The position numbers were made by a program, and so were the translations under genes. Of a stretch of 64,000 nucleotides of DNA, positions 63,374-64,000 are shown in pieces. The DNA comes from Mobula hypostoma (Eukaryota): assembly GCF_963921235.1 (NCBI RefSeq), contig NC_086097.1:246700001-246764000 (forward strand). Reading direction: 5' to 3'. The stretch's first letter is position 1. The number at the start of each line of letters is the position of its first letter. The notes under the pieces are model-generated. The model was not told where the DNA came from. It saw nothing but the letters and a program-made list of their open reading frames with translations, and did no database searches.

Positions 63374-64000
63374 TCAGCCAGCTCCTTACACACTTTCCAT
63401 CCATGTTGGGTTAAGCATCAAGCTAGCAACTCAGCTTTGTAAAAAAAACAGACAAAAGTGCTAAAGAAATGGCAAGGATGCCACCCGATGCACCACAAGG
63501 CACGGAAAGGAATAACAACAACCGCTCTGTATAAAAAAACCTACTTGATATCCTACAAAGTTTAAATTTTTTAAGATTAAAAAGATTTGCGGAACTGGAG
63601 CCAAATTTGTAAAGAATGCTTAATCACAGGGTATAGGTCTAAATTAGTAACTTTAGCTAATTGTATAGTAGATAGAGTTAACGTGTCAAGCTAGAGGTAA
63701 TGTATCAGAACTCTGCTGATTTTGACAAAGCATCGCTGACCTGAAAGATTTGCTCTGTTTCTCTTTCCATGGATGCTACCTAGCCTGTTGAGTGTTTCCA
63801 ACAATTTTTGTTTCAACTTTATTTATTTATAGATACAGCGCAGAACAAAGCCTTGTGGCCCTTTGAGCCACACTGCCCAGCAACCCTACCCTAACACTAT
63901 CCGAATCACAGGACTGTTTACAATGACCAATTCACCTACCAACCTGTACATCTTTTGACTGTGGGAGGAAACCCATACAGTCACGGTAAGAATGTACAAA

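Noticed and set aside
312..63442. Most short ORFs in the supplied track
   Set aside because: They are antisense or off-frame translations of repeats or low-complexity DNA, with no independent coding evidence.

Overview
Repeat-dense vertebrate genomic DNA. The repeat repertoire (CR1, Rex/Babar, Penelope, V-SINE/HE1-like and Deu-SINE) suggests a cartilaginous fish, probably a ray or shark; this is an inference. The only host gene I can support is SUGCT (succinyl-CoA:glutarate CoA-transferase, CoA-transferase family III) on the minus strand. Four GT-AG exons (24378-24423, 24208-24281, 20259-20344, 2647-2697) splice in frame to [86 protein letters not shown] did not find its first exon or later exons, so nearly all of the window is probably intronic. 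The introns are a stack of nested mobile elements: a full-length decayed Ty3/Gypsy element with a PNMA-like Gag (38602-45605), a hAT transposon (13046-16153), Harbinger, Tigger, Tc1 and hAT MITEs, two solo LTRs, many LINE fragments, and Penelope-like elements. Two signals are not explained by the ORF track. First, the abundant Penelope-derived terminal repeat carries a minimal hammerhead-ribozyme core, and it also occurs in tiny fold-back insertions with their own TSDs. Second, there are several short duplications copied from nearby DNA, including an inverted copy joined to the 5' end of a CR1 insertion. All alignments were done by eye, and repeat boundaries without a TSD are approximate.
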